Origin: an uncultured Pelagibacteraceae bacterium
GTDB lineage: Bacteria > Pseudomonadota > Alphaproteobacteria > Pelagibacterales > Pelagibacteraceae
Reading direction: 5' to 3'
DNA: 64,000 bases
NCBI GenBank assembly: GCA_902560245.1
Contig: CACELK010000008.1
Location: 4,459-68,458, forward strand
Of this stretch, positions 11,134 through 22,876 are shown piece after piece. The translations under genes were made by a program, and so were the position numbers. How positions within the stretch are numbered: position 1 is the first letter of the stretch; each line of letters opens with the position of its first letter. A model generated the notes under the pieces. It was not told the DNA's origin. It saw only the letters and a program-made list of their open reading frames with translations, and did not search any database.

Positions 11134-11242
11134 AAATAATGCTTACAGAATTTTTTATTAATATAAAGTCTCCTTATAGTTGTAGTTTGGGGTGCGTCAA
11201 TTGATAAGTATAATATTGTGACAATTGTACTAACTTATTCTA

Positions 11243-12256
11243 ATGGGAACAGTAGTTCAGTTAAAAAATCGAATAAACAATTCATATTCAGAGCTCAAAA
11301 ATTCTGTTGATGATAAACTAGTTTTAGTTGAGGAGAAAATTAAATCAAAATTATCAAGCAAAGTTCAGCTGGTTGATGAAATGACCAAATACCATGTTAG
11401 GACTGGAGGCAAAAGATTAAGAGCTATGCTTACATTGGGCTCATCTAAACTTTGTGGCTACACTAAAGGATCTAGAGATGTCAATCTTGCAGCTTGCGTT
11501 GAGCTAATACATGCCGCAACATTAATGCATGATGATGTTATTGATAATGGAGATATAAGAAGAGGAAAAAAAACTTTAAATAATATTTGGGGAAATAAAT
11601 CTTCAATTTTAGTTGGAGACTATTTATTAAGCAGATGTTTTGAAATGATGGTTGATGATGGAAGTCTTGAAGTTTTAAAACTTCTTTCATCGACTTCTGC
11701 TGAAATTTCTCAAGGAGAAGTTTTACAACTTCAGTACAAAGGTGAAATAGATATGTTAGAAGAAACATATTTAAAAATTATATCAGCAAAAACTGCCTCA
11801 TTGTTTGCTGCCGCAACAAGAGTAGGATCTATTCTATCAAATAAGGAAAATAAAATAAAAGACGCATTAGAATTTTATGGTAAAAATCTTGGATTAACTT
11901 TTCAAATTGCAGATGACACTCTAGATTATAATTCAGAATTAAAATTATTCGGTAAAGAAATTGGAAATGATTTTTATGAGGGTAAAGTGACTTTGCCTAT
12001 AATTCTATTATATCAAAAATCGAAAGATGAAGAAAAAAAAAAACTTAAAGAATTATTTAAAAAAAAAGTTAGATCAATTGAGGAATTTAAAATTGTTCTT
12101 TTAATGATAAAAAAATATAATATAATTTTTGAATGTTATAGAAAAGCAGAATATTTTATTAATCTTGCTTCCAATTCATTAAGTATATTTGATGAAAGCA
12201 GAGAAAAAGATATATTGCAGGGCTTAGCATCCTTTAGTTTGGAAAGAAATTTTTAG
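11243..12256 (+). CDS. ispB: Long-chain polyprenyl diphosphate synthase
   Basis: GGKRLR, HDDVID..RRG and FQIADD motifs. Confidence 0.9.
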   Translation: MGTVVQLKNRINNSYSELKNSVDDKLVLVEEKIKSKLSSKVQLVDEMTKYHVRTGGKRLRAMLTLGSSKLCGYTKGSRDVNLAACVELIHAATLMHDDVIDNGDIRRGKKTLNNIWGNKSSILVGDYLLSRCFEMMVDDGSLEVLKLLSSTSAEISQGEVLQLQYKGEIDMLEETYLKIISAKTASLFAAATRVGSILSNKENKIKDALEFYGKNLGLTFQIADDTLDYNSELKLFGKEIGNDFYEGKVTLPIILLYQKSKDEEKKKLKELFKKKVRSIEEFKIVLLMIKKYNIIFECYRKAEYFINLASNSLSIFDESREKDILQGLASFSLERNF

Positions 12257-12876
12257 GGGTTTAATAAAAATTTTTCCCAAGTATTATTTTTTCTAATATA
12301 TTTTAATCTCTGATGTATTCTGTCCTGGCCATCAAGCCAAAACTCAATACTATTTGGTTTTAAGTTCCAACCAGACCAGTTTTTTGGTCTAGGAACGTTA
12401 TTTTTATCTGGATATTTTTTTTTATAATCCTCAATCGATTTATACAAATCTTCTCTGTTTTTTAAAATTGAACTTTGTTTCGATGCCCATGCACCGATTC
12501 TGCTACCATAAGATCGAGTTTGATAATATGTGTCAGCATCTTCATCTGAAACTTTAGAGATTTTTCCTGTAATTCTTATTTGTCTTAAAAGACTTTTCCA
12601 ATGAAAACATAATGAAGCATTTGGATTTTTTTTAAGATCATTGCTCTTCATACTATTAAGATTTGTGAAAAATACAAAACCACTATTATTAAAATTTTTA
12701 AGCAAAACCATTCTTACTGTTGGAACGCTTGATTTGTCTACCGTAGCCAGTGCTAAAGCATTTGGGTCATTAATTTCTGTTTTTTTAGCTTCATTAAACC
12801 ACTCTTCAAAGAGTTTTATTGGATCATCTAGATCCTTAAAGCATATATCAAGGCCAAGTGAGTTTTTTTGATTCAT
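12253..12876 (-). CDS. pdxH: Pyridoxamine 5'-phosphate oxidase
   Basis: [14 protein letters not shown] and [13 protein letters not shown] motifs. Confidence 0.95.
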   Translation of the reverse strand: MNQKNSLGLDICFKDLDDPIKLFEEWFNEAKKTEINDPNALALATVDKSSVPTVRMVLLKNFNNSGFVFFTNLNSMKSNDLKKNPNASLCFHWKSLLRQIRITGKISKVSDEDADTYYQTRSYGSRIGAWASKQSSILKNREDLYKSIEDYKKKYPDKNNVPRPKNWSGWNLKPNSIEFWLDGQDRIHQRLKYIRKNNTWEKFLLNP

Positions 12877-12909
12877 AATTTCAACAAAATAACTTATATA
12901 ATATATTTA

Positions 12910-13995
12910 ATGTCATTTAATACTTTTGGAAAGATATTTCGTTTCACAACTTGGGGCGAATCTCATGGGCCTGCAATTGGATGTGTAGTTGATGGTTGTC
13001 CTCCCAATATAAACTTAAAAGAGCAAGATATACAGTCTGAATTAAATAAAAGAAAACCAGGGCAATCAAAATTTACAACTCAAAGAAAAGAAGATGATGC
13101 TGTTCAAATTTTATCAGGAGTATTTGAGGGAAAAACTACCGGAACACCTATATCAATGATTATTTATAATAAAGATATGAAGTCGAGAGATTATGAGACA
13201 ATTAAAAATAAGTTCAGGCCAGGACATGCAGATTATACATATTTTAAAAAATATGGAATTAGAGATTATAGAGGTGGAGGCAGACAGTCAGCTAGAGAAA
13301 CAGCCTCAAGAGTAGCAGCTGGAGCAATAGCAAAAAAAGTTTTAGAGAAAAAAATAGGAAAAAAATACAAAGTTATTGGAGCTGTGACACAATTAGGAAT
13401 ACTAGGATGTGATACAAGAAAATGGGATGATAAACTAATATTAAAAAATCCTTTTTTTTGTCCAGATAAATCAGTTTTGAAAATTTGGGAAAAATACTTG
13501 CTAAGTATAAGAAAATCAGGATCGTCATGTGGAGCAATAATAGAGGTAAGGGCAAGAGGTATTCCTGTAGGATTAGGTGCGCCAATTTATTCAAAATTAG
13601 ATATGGATTTAGCTTCTGCAATGATGAGCATTAATGCGGTTAAAGGGGTAAATATAGGATCTGGTATGAGCTCTGCTCAATTAACCGGTGAACAAAATTC
13701 AGACGAAATATATCAAAATAAAAAAAAAATAAATTTTAAATCAAATAATGCTGGCGGAATTTTGGGCGGTATATCATCTGGTCAAGATATAATAATATCT
13801 TTTGCAGTAAAACCAACATCTTCAATTCTTTCTTCTAGAAAAACTATTGATAAATTTGGAAAAAATACATCAATATCTGTTAGGGGAAGGCATGATCCTT
13901 GTGTGGGCATAAGAGCAGTTCCAATAGGAGAGGCTATGATGCATTGTGTTTTATTAGATCATTATCTAATGAATAACGCTCAATGCAAAAGTTAA
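12910..13995 (+). CDS. aroC: Chorismate synthase (start moved to ATG 12910)
   Basis: [25 protein letters not shown] and GRHDPC motifs. Confidence 0.97.
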   Translation: MSFNTFGKIFRFTTWGESHGPAIGCVVDGCPPNINLKEQDIQSELNKRKPGQSKFTTQRKEDDAVQILSGVFEGKTTGTPISMIIYNKDMKSRDYETIKNKFRPGHADYTYFKKYGIRDYRGGGRQSARETASRVAAGAIAKKVLEKKIGKKYKVIGAVTQLGILGCDTRKWDDKLILKNPFFCPDKSVLKIWEKYLLSIRKSGSSCGAIIEVRARGIPVGLGAPIYSKLDMDLASAMMSINAVKGVNIGSGMSSAQLTGEQNSDEIYQNKKKINFKSNNAGGILGGISSGQDIIISFAVKPTSSILSSRKTIDKFGKNTSISVRGRHDPCVGIRAVPIGEAMMHCVLLDHYLMNNAQCKS

Positions 13996-15905
13996 TTAGT
14001 TTTTTTTATTACTACTTTTGAATTTAATGTATCTAAAACTTTATTTTCAATACTATTAGAGTCCAATCCAGCAAATTTATACATTAAGTCTGGTTTATCA
14101 TGATCTATAAATCTATCAGGTAATATCATAGATCTATATTTTAAATTACTATCTAATAGTTTTTTATCTGACAAAAATTGAGCAACATGTGATCCAAAGC
14201 CCCCAATTGAACCTTCCTCTATTGAAATTAATACTTCATGATCTATTGCTATTTGCCATAATAAATTCTCATCCAAAGGTTTTGCAAATCTAGCATCAAT
14301 TATAGTGGGATCTATGCCTTTTTTAGAGAGTTTTTCTTTTGCAATTAAACATTCATTTAATCTTGCACCAAAATTAATTAAAGCAATTTTTTTACCATCT
14401 TTAATTATTCTTCCTTTGCCAATCTCTAATTTTTCTTCTATTGATGGCAAATTAATACCAGTTCCATTTCCCCTTGGATATCTAAAAGCTGATGGCTTAT
14501 CATTAATTTCTACAGAGGTATTTATCATTTTGACTAATTCAGCTTCATCACTTGCAGCCATTACAATAAAGTTAGGGAGTGTTGCTAAATAGGTTATATC
14601 AAAAGAACCTGCATGAGTTGGGCCGTCAGCTCCAACTAGCCCTGCCCTATCAATTGCAAATCTTACTGGTAAACTTTGTATAGCAACATCATGGACTACC
14701 TGATCGTATGCTCTCTGCAAAAAAGTAGAGTAAATTGCAGCAAAAGGTTTATAGCCCTCAGTAGCAAGTCCCGCTGCAAAGGTAACTGCATGCTGTTCGG
14801 CAATACCAACATCAAATGTTCTCGATGGAAATTTTTTTCCAAAAATATCAATTCCAGTTCCAGATGGCATTGCTGCCGTAATTCCAATGATTTTGCTATC
14901 TTTTTCTGCGTGCTTCACTAATGTATCTGCAAAAACTTTTGTATATGAAGGTATTTTTGATTTAGATTTTTCTTGAACTCCAGTATTAACATTAAATTTA
15001 GATACTCCATGAAATTTATCTTCTGATCTTTCTGCGAATTTATATCCTTTCCCTTTTTTAGTTTTAATATGAATTAAAATTGGGCCATTATAATTTATCT
15101 CTTTCACATTCTTTAAAACAGATACAATTGAATCAATATCATGTCCATCTATTGGACCAACATAATAAAAGCCCAGAGAATTAAATAATGTTCCACCTGT
15201 AACTGCTGATCGTAAAAAGTCCTCTGCTCTTCCAGCTTTTTTACTAAATCTTTTTGAAAATGCAGAAATAATTAATTTGATTGTTTCTCTTAAACTAAAA
15301 TATATTTTGCCTGACAATATCTTTGCTAAATAAGCTCTCATTGCCCCAACTGGCTTTGCAATTGACATATCGTTGTCATTTAAAATAACAATCATTTTTG
15401 TTTTGCTAGTTCCGGCATTATTCATAGCCTCGTATGCCATGCCTGCACTCATAGCGCCGTCACCAATAACAGCAACTACGCTGTCTGATTTATTTGAAAG
15501 TTTATTTGCTACAGCTATTCCTAAAGCTGAAGAAATAGATGTAGAACTATGAGCGGCCCCAAAAGGATCATATTCACTCTCGCTTCTTTTGGTAAATCCT
15601 GACAATCCTTTACCTTTTCTTAGAGTTCTAATCCTATCTTTTCGACCGGTCAATATTTTATGAGGATAAGTTTGATGGCCTACGTCCCAAATTATTTTAT
15701 CGTTTGGGGTATTAAATATATAATGTAATGCCACAGTCAATTCTACCACGCCTAAACCAGCTCCTAGATGTCCGCCTGTTTCGGATACTGCACTAATCAT
15801 TTCCTCTCTTACATCATCAGCTAAAAATTTTAATTCTGATTGTTTTAATTTTTTTATATCAGATGGAAAATTAATATTGTCTAAATATCTATATTTGTTT
15901 TTCAC
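13992..15905 (-). CDS. dxs: 1-deoxy-D-xylulose-5-phosphate synthase
   Basis: [21 protein letters not shown] and GIAEQHAV motifs; GTG start. Confidence 0.98.
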   Translation of the reverse strand: MKNKYRYLDNINFPSDIKKLKQSELKFLADDVREEMISAVSETGGHLGAGLGVVELTVALHYIFNTPNDKIIWDVGHQTYPHKILTGRKDRIRTLRKGKGLSGFTKRSESEYDPFGAAHSSTSISSALGIAVANKLSNKSDSVVAVIGDGAMSAGMAYEAMNNAGTSKTKMIVILNDNDMSIAKPVGAMRAYLAKILSGKIYFSLRETIKLIISAFSKRFSKKAGRAEDFLRSAVTGGTLFNSLGFYYVGPIDGHDIDSIVSVLKNVKEINYNGPILIHIKTKKGKGYKFAERSEDKFHGVSKFNVNTGVQEKSKSKIPSYTKVFADTLVKHAEKDSKIIGITAAMPSGTGIDIFGKKFPSRTFDVGIAEQHAVTFAAGLATEGYKPFAAIYSTFLQRAYDQVVHDVAIQSLPVRFAIDRAGLVGADGPTHAGSFDITYLATLPNFIVMAASDEAELVKMINTSVEINDKPSAFRYPRGNGTGINLPSIEEKLEIGKGRIIKDGKKIALINFGARLNECLIAKEKLSKKGIDPTIIDARFAKPLDENLLWQIAIDHEVLISIEEGSIGGFGSHVAQFLSDKKLLDSNLKYRSMILPDRFIDHDKPDLMYKFAGLDSNSIENKVLDTLNSKVVIKKTN

Positions 15906-16771
15906 TTGTTTCTTTCTAATATATAGCTAATGGTACTTTTTAAATCTTTGGCCTTATTTCCAAAATATTTAAGTTCTGAAAATATCTTATATTTAAGTTT
16001 ATTTCCATATAAAATAGTATTTTGAGGTCCTAATAAACTAATTAAGGTAGCTTTTCCTTTTTTAAAATCTTTTTTTGTTTTTTTTCCAACTTTTTTTGTA
16101 TTTCCATTATAATCAATTAAGTCATCAGCTATTTGAAATAACAAACCAATATTGGAACCAATCTTGTCAAACTTTTTAGTGTATTTTTTTTTTTTACTAA
16201 TAACAGCTGGAGCCATACAACAGAAGCTAAAAAGTTTACCAGTTTTTTTTATTTGCATATTAATAATTTTACTTATAGGAACTTTTTTTCCTTCAAAATT
16301 TAAATCAGAATATTGTCCACCCGCTATTCCTTCATGACCTGAACACTCAGATAGTAATTTAACGAGTTTAATTTTAATTTGATTATCAATGTTTAAATTT
16401 TTTTGACACAATATTTCAAATGCAATTGTAAGAAGAGAATTCCCAGCAAGTATAGCTGTTGACTCTCCAAATTTTTTATGTGTTGAAGGTTTGCCTCTTC
16501 TCATTAAATCATTGTCCATACAAGGTAAATCATCATGAATTAATGAATAAGCATGTATGCATTCTACAGCAGCTCCTATCTGAATAAGAGTTTGATATTT
16601 TATGTTAAAAATTTTACCTACATCAATAATTATTTTTGATCTAATTTTTTTTCCTCTTGAAAACAATCCATATTTCATCGGTCGAATTAAGTCTGTAGTT
16701 TTTTGTTTTTTTATAAATTTAAATAAATATAAATTTGTATCTTTTGCTATTTTATTTAATTTTTTTATCAT
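15902..16771 (-). CDS. ispA: Farnesyl diphosphate synthase (probable start 16771)
   Basis: [17 protein letters not shown] and FQIADD motifs; xseB-ispA-dxs order. Confidence 0.92.
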   Translation of the reverse strand: MIKKLNKIAKDTNLYLFKFIKKQKTTDLIRPMKYGLFSRGKKIRSKIIIDVGKIFNIKYQTLIQIGAAVECIHAYSLIHDDLPCMDNDLMRRGKPSTHKKFGESTAILAGNSLLTIAFEILCQKNLNIDNQIKIKLVKLLSECSGHEGIAGGQYSDLNFEGKKVPISKIINMQIKKTGKLFSFCCMAPAVISKKKKYTKKFDKIGSNIGLLFQIADDLIDYNGNTKKVGKKTKKDFKKGKATLISLLGPQNTILYGNKLKYKIFSELKYFGNKAKDLKSTISYILERNK

Positions 16772-17006
16772 TTTTAGCACTTAATAATCTTTTAATTTTT
16801 TCTTTTGTAGTTAGAGATATTTTTTTTGAAGTACTCTGGAATTTTTTTTCAATTAGATTATTTAATTTTATCAACTCTTGATACTTATTTATTGATTTTC
16901 CAAGATCTTCTTCTTTTTCCAAAGTCTGAATTATATTATTTGCCTGTTCAGTAAGTTCCTCTAGGGATTTCTTTTCAAAATTATTTGGCAAATTTTTATC
17001 TTTCAT
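16752..17006 (-). CDS. xseB: Exodeoxyribonuclease VII small subunit-like protein
   Basis: Short helical protein (SLEE...LE...L..SI..Y) at the canonical position upstream of ispA-dxs; divergent sequence. Confidence 0.65.
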   Translation of the reverse strand: MKDKNLPNNFEKKSLEELTEQANNIIQTLEKEEDLGKSINKYQELIKLNNLIEKKFQSTSKKISLTTKEKIKRLLSAKNDKKIK

Positions 17007-17025
17007 ATATTAGTTGTAATATTAC

Positions 17026-17961
17026 ATGAAAAACAATCTTTCAATTATTAAAAAATCTAAATACTTTCTAGATAAAAATGAATGTATAGGTATTCCCACT
17101 GAAACAGTTTATGGATTAGCAGCTAATGCATACTCAGATTTTGCAACAGCAAAAATTTTTAAATTAAAGAGAAGACCAAAGAAAAACCCATTAATAGTAC
17201 ATTATGCTAGTTTACAAATGTTAAAAAAAGACTGTAAAATAAATAGCAATTTTTTAAAACTATTTAAGAAGTTTTGTCCTGGTCCAATTACATTAATTTT
17301 AAAATTAAAAAAAAATAGTAAAATTTCAAAAAATGTTACAAATAATAAAAAAACATTAGCAGTAAGATTTCCAAAAAAAGATATTACAATTAAACTTCTT
17401 AGAAGCATTAATTATCCACTTGCTGCACCAAGCGCAAATATTTCAACTAAGATTAGCCCTATTACGAAAGGAGATGTTAAAGAAGAGTTTGGAAAAAAAA
17501 TTAAGTTCATTTTGGATGGTGGTAGATCGGAGATAGGACTTGAATCAACAATTGTAAGTTTAATAAATAAACCAAAAATACTTAGACTAGGAGGCATCGA
17601 GATAAGTAAAATAAAAAAAACTTTAGGTTCTAAGATTGAATATAGCCCCAAAGATAAAAATATTGCTTCACCAGGCCAAGGAAAAGTTCATTATTCACCA
17701 GGAATTAGGATTAGATTAAATATTAAGATACCGAAAAAAGATGAGGCATTTATATTAATTAAAAAAAGAAAAAACTATGGTAAAAACTATTTTTATTTAA
17801 CTAAAAATGAAAATCTAAAAGAAGCTGCAAAAAATTTATACAAAACTTTAAGAATGATCAAAAAAAAAAATTTTAAGAGTATCGCAGTTGAGAAAATACC
17901 AGATAAAAGTTTTGGTCAAGCAATTAATGATAGATTGAATAGAGCTTCTAAATTTCAATGA
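17026..17961 (+). CDS. sua5: L-threonylcarbamoyladenylate synthase (Sua5/TsaC)
   Basis: PTETVYGLAA, PGPITL, AAPSAN, GLESTIV and a C-terminal SUA5 domain (PGQ..HYSP). Confidence 0.93.
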   Translation: MKNNLSIIKKSKYFLDKNECIGIPTETVYGLAANAYSDFATAKIFKLKRRPKKNPLIVHYASLQMLKKDCKINSNFLKLFKKFCPGPITLILKLKKNSKISKNVTNNKKTLAVRFPKKDITIKLLRSINYPLAAPSANISTKISPITKGDVKEEFGKKIKFILDGGRSEIGLESTIVSLINKPKILRLGGIEISKIKKTLGSKIEYSPKDKNIASPGQGKVHYSPGIRIRLNIKIPKKDEAFILIKKRKNYGKNYFYLTKNENLKEAAKNLYKTLRMIKKKNFKSIAVEKIPDKSFGQAINDRLNRASKFQ

Positions 17962-18686
17962 AAAATTCTGTTGAAGTTATAAATCTCTCAAAATCTTATG
18001 GTAAAAAAATTGCAGTAAGAAACATTAACTTTAATATTAAAGAAAACGAAATTCTTGGACTTTTAGGTCCAAATGGTTGCGGAAAAACAACGACTATAGG
18101 AATGCTTTTAGGTTTGCTAAAGCCTTCTAATGGTCAAATTTCTATTAATGGAATGAAAATTGAAAAGAACAGAATTAAAATTCTGCAAAAAATAAATTTT
18201 ATTTCTCCTTACATTGAATTGCCAAAAAAACTTACTGTAAAACAAAATTTATTAGTTTATGGAAAATTGTATGATGTTAAGAATTTAAAAGATAGAATCG
18301 AATATTTAGCAACTAAACTAAGATTGAGTGAATTATTAAATAGAATTACAGGTGAATTATCTTCTGGTCAAAAAAACAGGGTTAGCTTAGCAAAAGCTCT
18401 AATAAATGACCCGGGTGTATTATTTCTAGATGAGCCAACGGCTTCTTTAGATCCTGAAGTTGGAGACTTTGTAAGGACCTTTTTAGAAGATTACAAAAAA
18501 GAAAAAAAATTATCTATATTATTAGCATCACACAATATGAATGAGGTTACAAGATTATGTTCATCTATATTAATGATGAAAAATGGAGTTATTATAGATC
18601 AAGGTAAACCCCTAGAACTTATTGCTAAACACGGCAGAAAAAATTTGGAGGAAGTATTTCTTAAACTTACAAAATATGAAAATTAA
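17958..18686 (+). CDS. ABC-2 type exporter ATP-binding protein
   Basis: GPNGCGKTT, LSSGQ and FLDEPT motifs. Confidence 0.92.
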   Translation: MKNSVEVINLSKSYGKKIAVRNINFNIKENEILGLLGPNGCGKTTTIGMLLGLLKPSNGQISINGMKIEKNRIKILQKINFISPYIELPKKLTVKQNLLVYGKLYDVKNLKDRIEYLATKLRLSELLNRITGELSSGQKNRVSLAKALINDPGVLFLDEPTASLDPEVGDFVRTFLEDYKKEKKLSILLASHNMNEVTRLCSSILMMKNGVIIDQGKPLELIAKHGRKNLEEVFLKLTKYEN

Positions 18687-19473
18687 TTTTAATAAAATAT
18701 ACGGTCTTTTTTTAAGACATTTTTTTTTAATTACAAGATCATTTCCAAGAATTTTAGATTTAATATATTGGCCATCAATTCAAATAACTTTATGGGGTTT
18801 CATATCAAATTTCTTTGCAACCCATAGTGCTTATTATAATAATGCAGTTGGAGTAATTCTTACTTGTGCGATTTTGTATGACTTTTTGTTTAGAACGAGT
18901 ATTGGATTTAATATGTTATTTTTAGAGGAGATATGGAGTAGAAACTTTACAAATCTATTTATTGCTCCAATAAAAATAAGTGAAATTATAATTTCATTAG
19001 TATTTACAGCATTGGTCAGAGCATTAATCGGTTTAATACCAGCAATTCTACTTACATCTCCATTGTTTGGAATATCTTTATTGGACTTGGGTATACACTT
19101 ATTTTTACTTTTTTTAAGTTTGTATGTATTTGGTATTACTTTGGGCATTCTTGTTTCGTCTGGTTTATTAAGATTTGGCCCTTCATTCGAAAATATAGCT
19201 TGGTCAACAATGTTTTTATTAGCACCTTTTGGATGTATTTATTATCCTGTTGAAATTTTACCAGAGTTTTTCCAAAAAATAGCATATATGCTTCCGCTTG
19301 TTTATATTTTTGAAGAAGCGAGATCAATATTGATTGATCAAATTGTAAATTATGAAAATATATTGAAAGCAATATATTTAAATTTTTTTTATTTAGCATC
19401 TAGTGTTATTCTTTTTTACTTTTCATTTAGTAAAGCAAGAAAAAAAGGAACTTTAATTAACATTGGTGAATAA
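18676..19473 (+). CDS. ABC-2 type exporter permease (probable start 18676)
   Basis: About six TM segments with a YYPVEILP motif; overlaps the ATPase gene. Confidence 0.88.
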   Translation: MKINFNKIYGLFLRHFFLITRSFPRILDLIYWPSIQITLWGFISNFFATHSAYYNNAVGVILTCAILYDFLFRTSIGFNMLFLEEIWSRNFTNLFIAPIKISEIIISLVFTALVRALIGLIPAILLTSPLFGISLLDLGIHLFLLFLSLYVFGITLGILVSSGLLRFGPSFENIAWSTMFLLAPFGCIYYPVEILPEFFQKIAYMLPLVYIFEEARSILIDQIVNYENILKAIYLNFFYLASSVILFYFSFSKARKKGTLINIGE

Positions 19474-19483
19474 AAGTTTAGAA

Positions 19484-20770
19484 TTATTTTATTTTTTTAA
19501 AATCAGCAAAAAAATTTTGTCTTAAGAATAAAAGTAAGAACGAAGATAAAATTATAATTAAAATATTATCTATCAAATTTTTAAAAAAAATATTGAAGCC
19601 CTTGACAAATATCGATGTTTCAAAAAATAAAGTTTGGGAAATCCATAAAAAAGTAAATACTATAAATTTAAATATAATTAAGATGTAAAAAAATTTTAAA
19701 TATGGATTTCTATAATTATAGTTTTTTCTTAAAAAAGGAATTAATCCTAAAAAATATATTTCTCTATATAAATAACTCATATTTGGAAAAAAAAATATAA
19801 TTGTTAAAAGAACACAGGATAGTAAAAACAATCTTTCTTCATACAAATTTAAATCAAATTTATAAAATATTTTTCCTTTATTTATAAAATTGAAATTTAA
19901 AATTATTAAAAAAAGTACTAAAAATCCCAAAATAAATTGAGCTATTGCCAGTGTTAATTCTGCATCAAATATATTTAAATGTAAAACGGTTGATTTTACT
20001 AGTTGCGGCATACCTTGGAATGAAAAAATATACATACCAACATTTTCTACTGTCGAAGGCATAATACTAGCCTTGGTTTTGTATATATAACTTAGGCCGT
20101 CAAAATTTATATAAACTATAAAAACAAAAATAAAAAAAGAAATCGATATATTAAGATATTTTTTAAATTTAATTTTTTCGCACAGAAAAATAATTGATGT
20201 AACAATTGGAAAGAATTTAAGGCTAGCTATAAGGGAAATTATAGAATGAACTATAAAATAATTCCTATTTTGGGCAATTAGAATTAAAAGTAAAAAAATA
20301 ATTAACTCAGAATTGCCTCTTTCTAAAGATAACAAAACAGGGGTAGTTAAAATTAATAACGACAATAATAAATAATTAAAAAGATTTTTTGGCTTTAAAT
20401 GAAAAGTGATAGCAGTAATAACCAAAAAATTTAAAAAAAGTGGAAACCCTAATATATAAAAATTATAAAATTTATCTACAAATGGTAAATATAAAAATAT
20501 GTTTCCATATACGTGTGGACGGTTGGATACATCGCAAGGATTTAAGACGTAAATATTAAAACCTTTTTTTGAACAAGAGATTGCATCTACTATTACAGTC
20601 CAGTCTCCAAATCTAGAGATATCATTTGTTGTTTCGTTTATTATTGGATTTATATAAAAATATATTAAATTGTTAAAAATTAATCCTGATACAAGTATAA
20701 ATAATAAAAAGGAAAATAATAAATAAATTAATTTATAGTTAAGATTTTTAAATGTAAATTTAAGACTCAT
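19484..20770 (-). CDS. Polytopic membrane protein, probable GT87/GT-C glycosyltransferase
   Basis: Many TM segments; loop FGDW...NPCD..RPHVYG, ERGNSE and LKFFP motifs resembling GT87 (PimE-like); very AT-rich. Confidence 0.55.
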   Translation of the reverse strand: MSLKFTFKNLNYKLIYLLFSFLLFILVSGLIFNNLIYFYINPIINETTNDISRFGDWTVIVDAISCSKKGFNIYVLNPCDVSNRPHVYGNIFLYLPFVDKFYNFYILGFPLFLNFLVITAITFHLKPKNLFNYLLLSLLILTTPVLLSLERGNSELIIFLLLILIAQNRNYFIVHSIISLIASLKFFPIVTSIIFLCEKIKFKKYLNISISFFIFVFIVYINFDGLSYIYKTKASIMPSTVENVGMYIFSFQGMPQLVKSTVLHLNIFDAELTLAIAQFILGFLVLFLIILNFNFINKGKIFYKFDLNLYEERLFLLSCVLLTIIFFFPNMSYLYREIYFLGLIPFLRKNYNYRNPYLKFFYILIIFKFIVFTFLWISQTLFFETSIFVKGFNIFFKNLIDNILIIILSSFLLLFLRQNFFADFKKIK

Positions 20771-20859
20771 TTTATAATTTTAGAGAGATTTTATTAACAT
20801 CATTTTATATTTAATATTTGTAATAATTAAATTTTTGTTTATATTTTAATCATAATATA

Positions 20860-20936
20860 TGGCGCGCCTGCAAGGAGTCGAACCCTGAACCTCCAGAGCC
20901 GAAATCTGGCGCTCTATCCAATTGAGCTACAAGCGC
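20860..20936 (-). tRNA. tRNA-Arg(TCG)
   Basis: Reverse complement GCGCTTGTAGCTCAATTGGATAGAGCG-CCAGA-TT-TCG-GC-TCTGG...GTTCGAC...GCCA. Confidence 0.95.
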
Positions 20937-20960
20937 ATATGATAAGTATTATTATAATTT

Positions 20961-21941
20961 ATGAAAAATATCATTAATATTATTGTTAAAAAAGAAGAAA
21001 ATGGCAGTCGTTTGGACTCTTTTATTTCAAAAAAAGAAAAAAAATTAAGCAGAACAAGAATCAAAAATTTAATTTTACAAAAATGTATTAAATTAAATAA
21101 TACAGTAGTAGTTAATCCATCAAAAAAAGTTCTAATTGGAGATAAGATTAATTTGGAAGTACCAGAACAAAAAAAACCTTCTCTAAAACCATACAAATTT
21201 AAAATTGATGTACTATACGAAGATAATGATTTGTTGGTTTTAAATAAGCCAGCAGGAATAGTTGTTCACCCTGGTGCAGGAAATTTTGATAATACGATAG
21301 TCAATGCGCTTATAAATCATTGCGGAAATAGTTTATCTAACATAGGAGGTGAGCTTCGACCTGGAATTGTTCATAGAATAGATAAAGATACCTCCGGATT
21401 AATTGTTGTAGCAAAAAATAACTTTGCCCATGAAAAATTATCGATACAATTTAATAATCACTCTATTGAGAGAATATATGAATTAATGGTTTGGGGAAAA
21501 CTAAGGCCGCAAACAGGCAGAATTGAAACATTAATTAAAAGGAGCTCAAAAAATAGACAGCTTATGGAAGTAGGAATCGCTAAGGGAAAAAAAGCGATCA
21601 CAAATTATAAGACTTTAGAATTATTTCAAAAAGTTAAATCTCCCACCTTAAGTTTGGTAGAATGTCAACTTGAAACTGGAAGAACTCATCAAATCAGAGT
21701 CCATATGAGTCATAAAGGAAATTTTATATTAGGAGATGAAAAATATAAAAAAAAATTTAAAAAATTGAAAAGTATCGATCATAATCTTGAAAAACTTATA
21801 CTTAATCTTAAGAGACAATTTTTACATGCAAAAGTACTTGGATTTATTCATCCGAAGACGGGAAAAAAATTAAGATTTACTTCTATTTTGCCAAATGATT
21901 TAATGATTATATTAAAAACCCTTAGAAATATTGATAAATAA
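20961..21941 (+). CDS. rluD: 23S rRNA pseudouridine synthase D
   Basis: N-terminal S4 domain; GIVHRIDKDTSG and TGRTHQIRVH motifs; adjacent to rpoH. Confidence 0.93.
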   Translation: MKNIINIIVKKEENGSRLDSFISKKEKKLSRTRIKNLILQKCIKLNNTVVVNPSKKVLIGDKINLEVPEQKKPSLKPYKFKIDVLYEDNDLLVLNKPAGIVVHPGAGNFDNTIVNALINHCGNSLSNIGGELRPGIVHRIDKDTSGLIVVAKNNFAHEKLSIQFNNHSIERIYELMVWGKLRPQTGRIETLIKRSSKNRQLMEVGIAKGKKAITNYKTLELFQKVKSPTLSLVECQLETGRTHQIRVHMSHKGNFILGDEKYKKKFKKLKSIDHNLEKLILNLKRQFLHAKVLGFIHPKTGKKLRFTSILPNDLMIILKTLRNIDK

Positions 21942-21982
21942 ATCATTGTAAAATTAAAAATCTTTATTAAATAAATAAGCTT

Positions 21983-22876
21983 ATGAGCACAACTACAAGT
22001 TATAATCTGCCTGTTTTATCAAATGAAGGAGGTTTGTCAGCCTACCTTTCTCAGATAAAAAAATTTCCTATGTTGGATGCTGAGGAAGAATATATGTTAG
22101 CAAAAAACTGGAGATCAACAGGTAACGTTAAATCAGCAGAAAAACTTGTCACTAGTCATTTAAGGCTGGTTGCAAAAATTGCAATGGGATATAAAGGATA
22201 TGGATTACCAGTCAGTGAAATGATTTCCGAGGGTAATATTGGCCTTATGCAGGCAGTAAAAAAATTTGAACCAGAAAAAGGTTTCAGATTAGCAACATAT
22301 GCTATGTGGTGGATTAAAGCATCTATTCAAGAGTATATTTTAAGATCTTGGAGCTTGGTTAAAATTGGAACGACAACTGCACAAAAAAAGTTATTTTTTA
22401 ATCTTAAAAAACTTAAAAATCAAATTGCGCCTAAAACTGAGGGTGATTTAAAAAAAGAGCATGTTACAGAAATTGCAAACAAACTAAATGTAAGCGAGGA
22501 AGAAGTTGTTTCCATGAACAGAAGGTTAGCTGGAAAAGAGCATTCTCTTAATGCTCAAATTGGTGAAGATGGGGATGAGTTCCAAGACTGGATTGTAGAT
22601 AATCAAATGGATCATGAACTTAAGTTGGCTCAAAAAGAAGAGCTTGATCAGAGAAAAGATCTTCTAAAAGATTCAATTAAGATATTAAACGAAAGAGAAA
22701 AGGAAATTTTATATTCAAGAAGATTAAATGATGAACCTACTACTTTAGAAGATTTGAGTAAAAAATACAAAATAAGTAGAGAGCGAATAAGACAGATTGA
22801 AAATAAAGCCTTTGAAAAGCTTCAAAAGCACATGTTAAACTCCGCAAGATCAAAAAACCTGTTACCTGTTAATTAG
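21983..22876 (+). CDS. rpoH: RNA polymerase sigma-32 factor
   Basis: RpoH box QKKLFFNL plus sigma regions 2 and 4. Confidence 0.97.
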   Translation: MSTTTSYNLPVLSNEGGLSAYLSQIKKFPMLDAEEEYMLAKNWRSTGNVKSAEKLVTSHLRLVAKIAMGYKGYGLPVSEMISEGNIGLMQAVKKFEPEKGFRLATYAMWWIKASIQEYILRSWSLVKIGTTTAQKKLFFNLKKLKNQIAPKTEGDLKKEHVTEIANKLNVSEEEVVSMNRRLAGKEHSLNAQIGEDGDEFQDWIVDNQMDHELKLAQKEELDQRKDLLKDSIKILNEREKEILYSRRLNDEPTTLEDLSKKYKISRERIRQIENKAFEKLQKHMLNSARSKNLLPVN

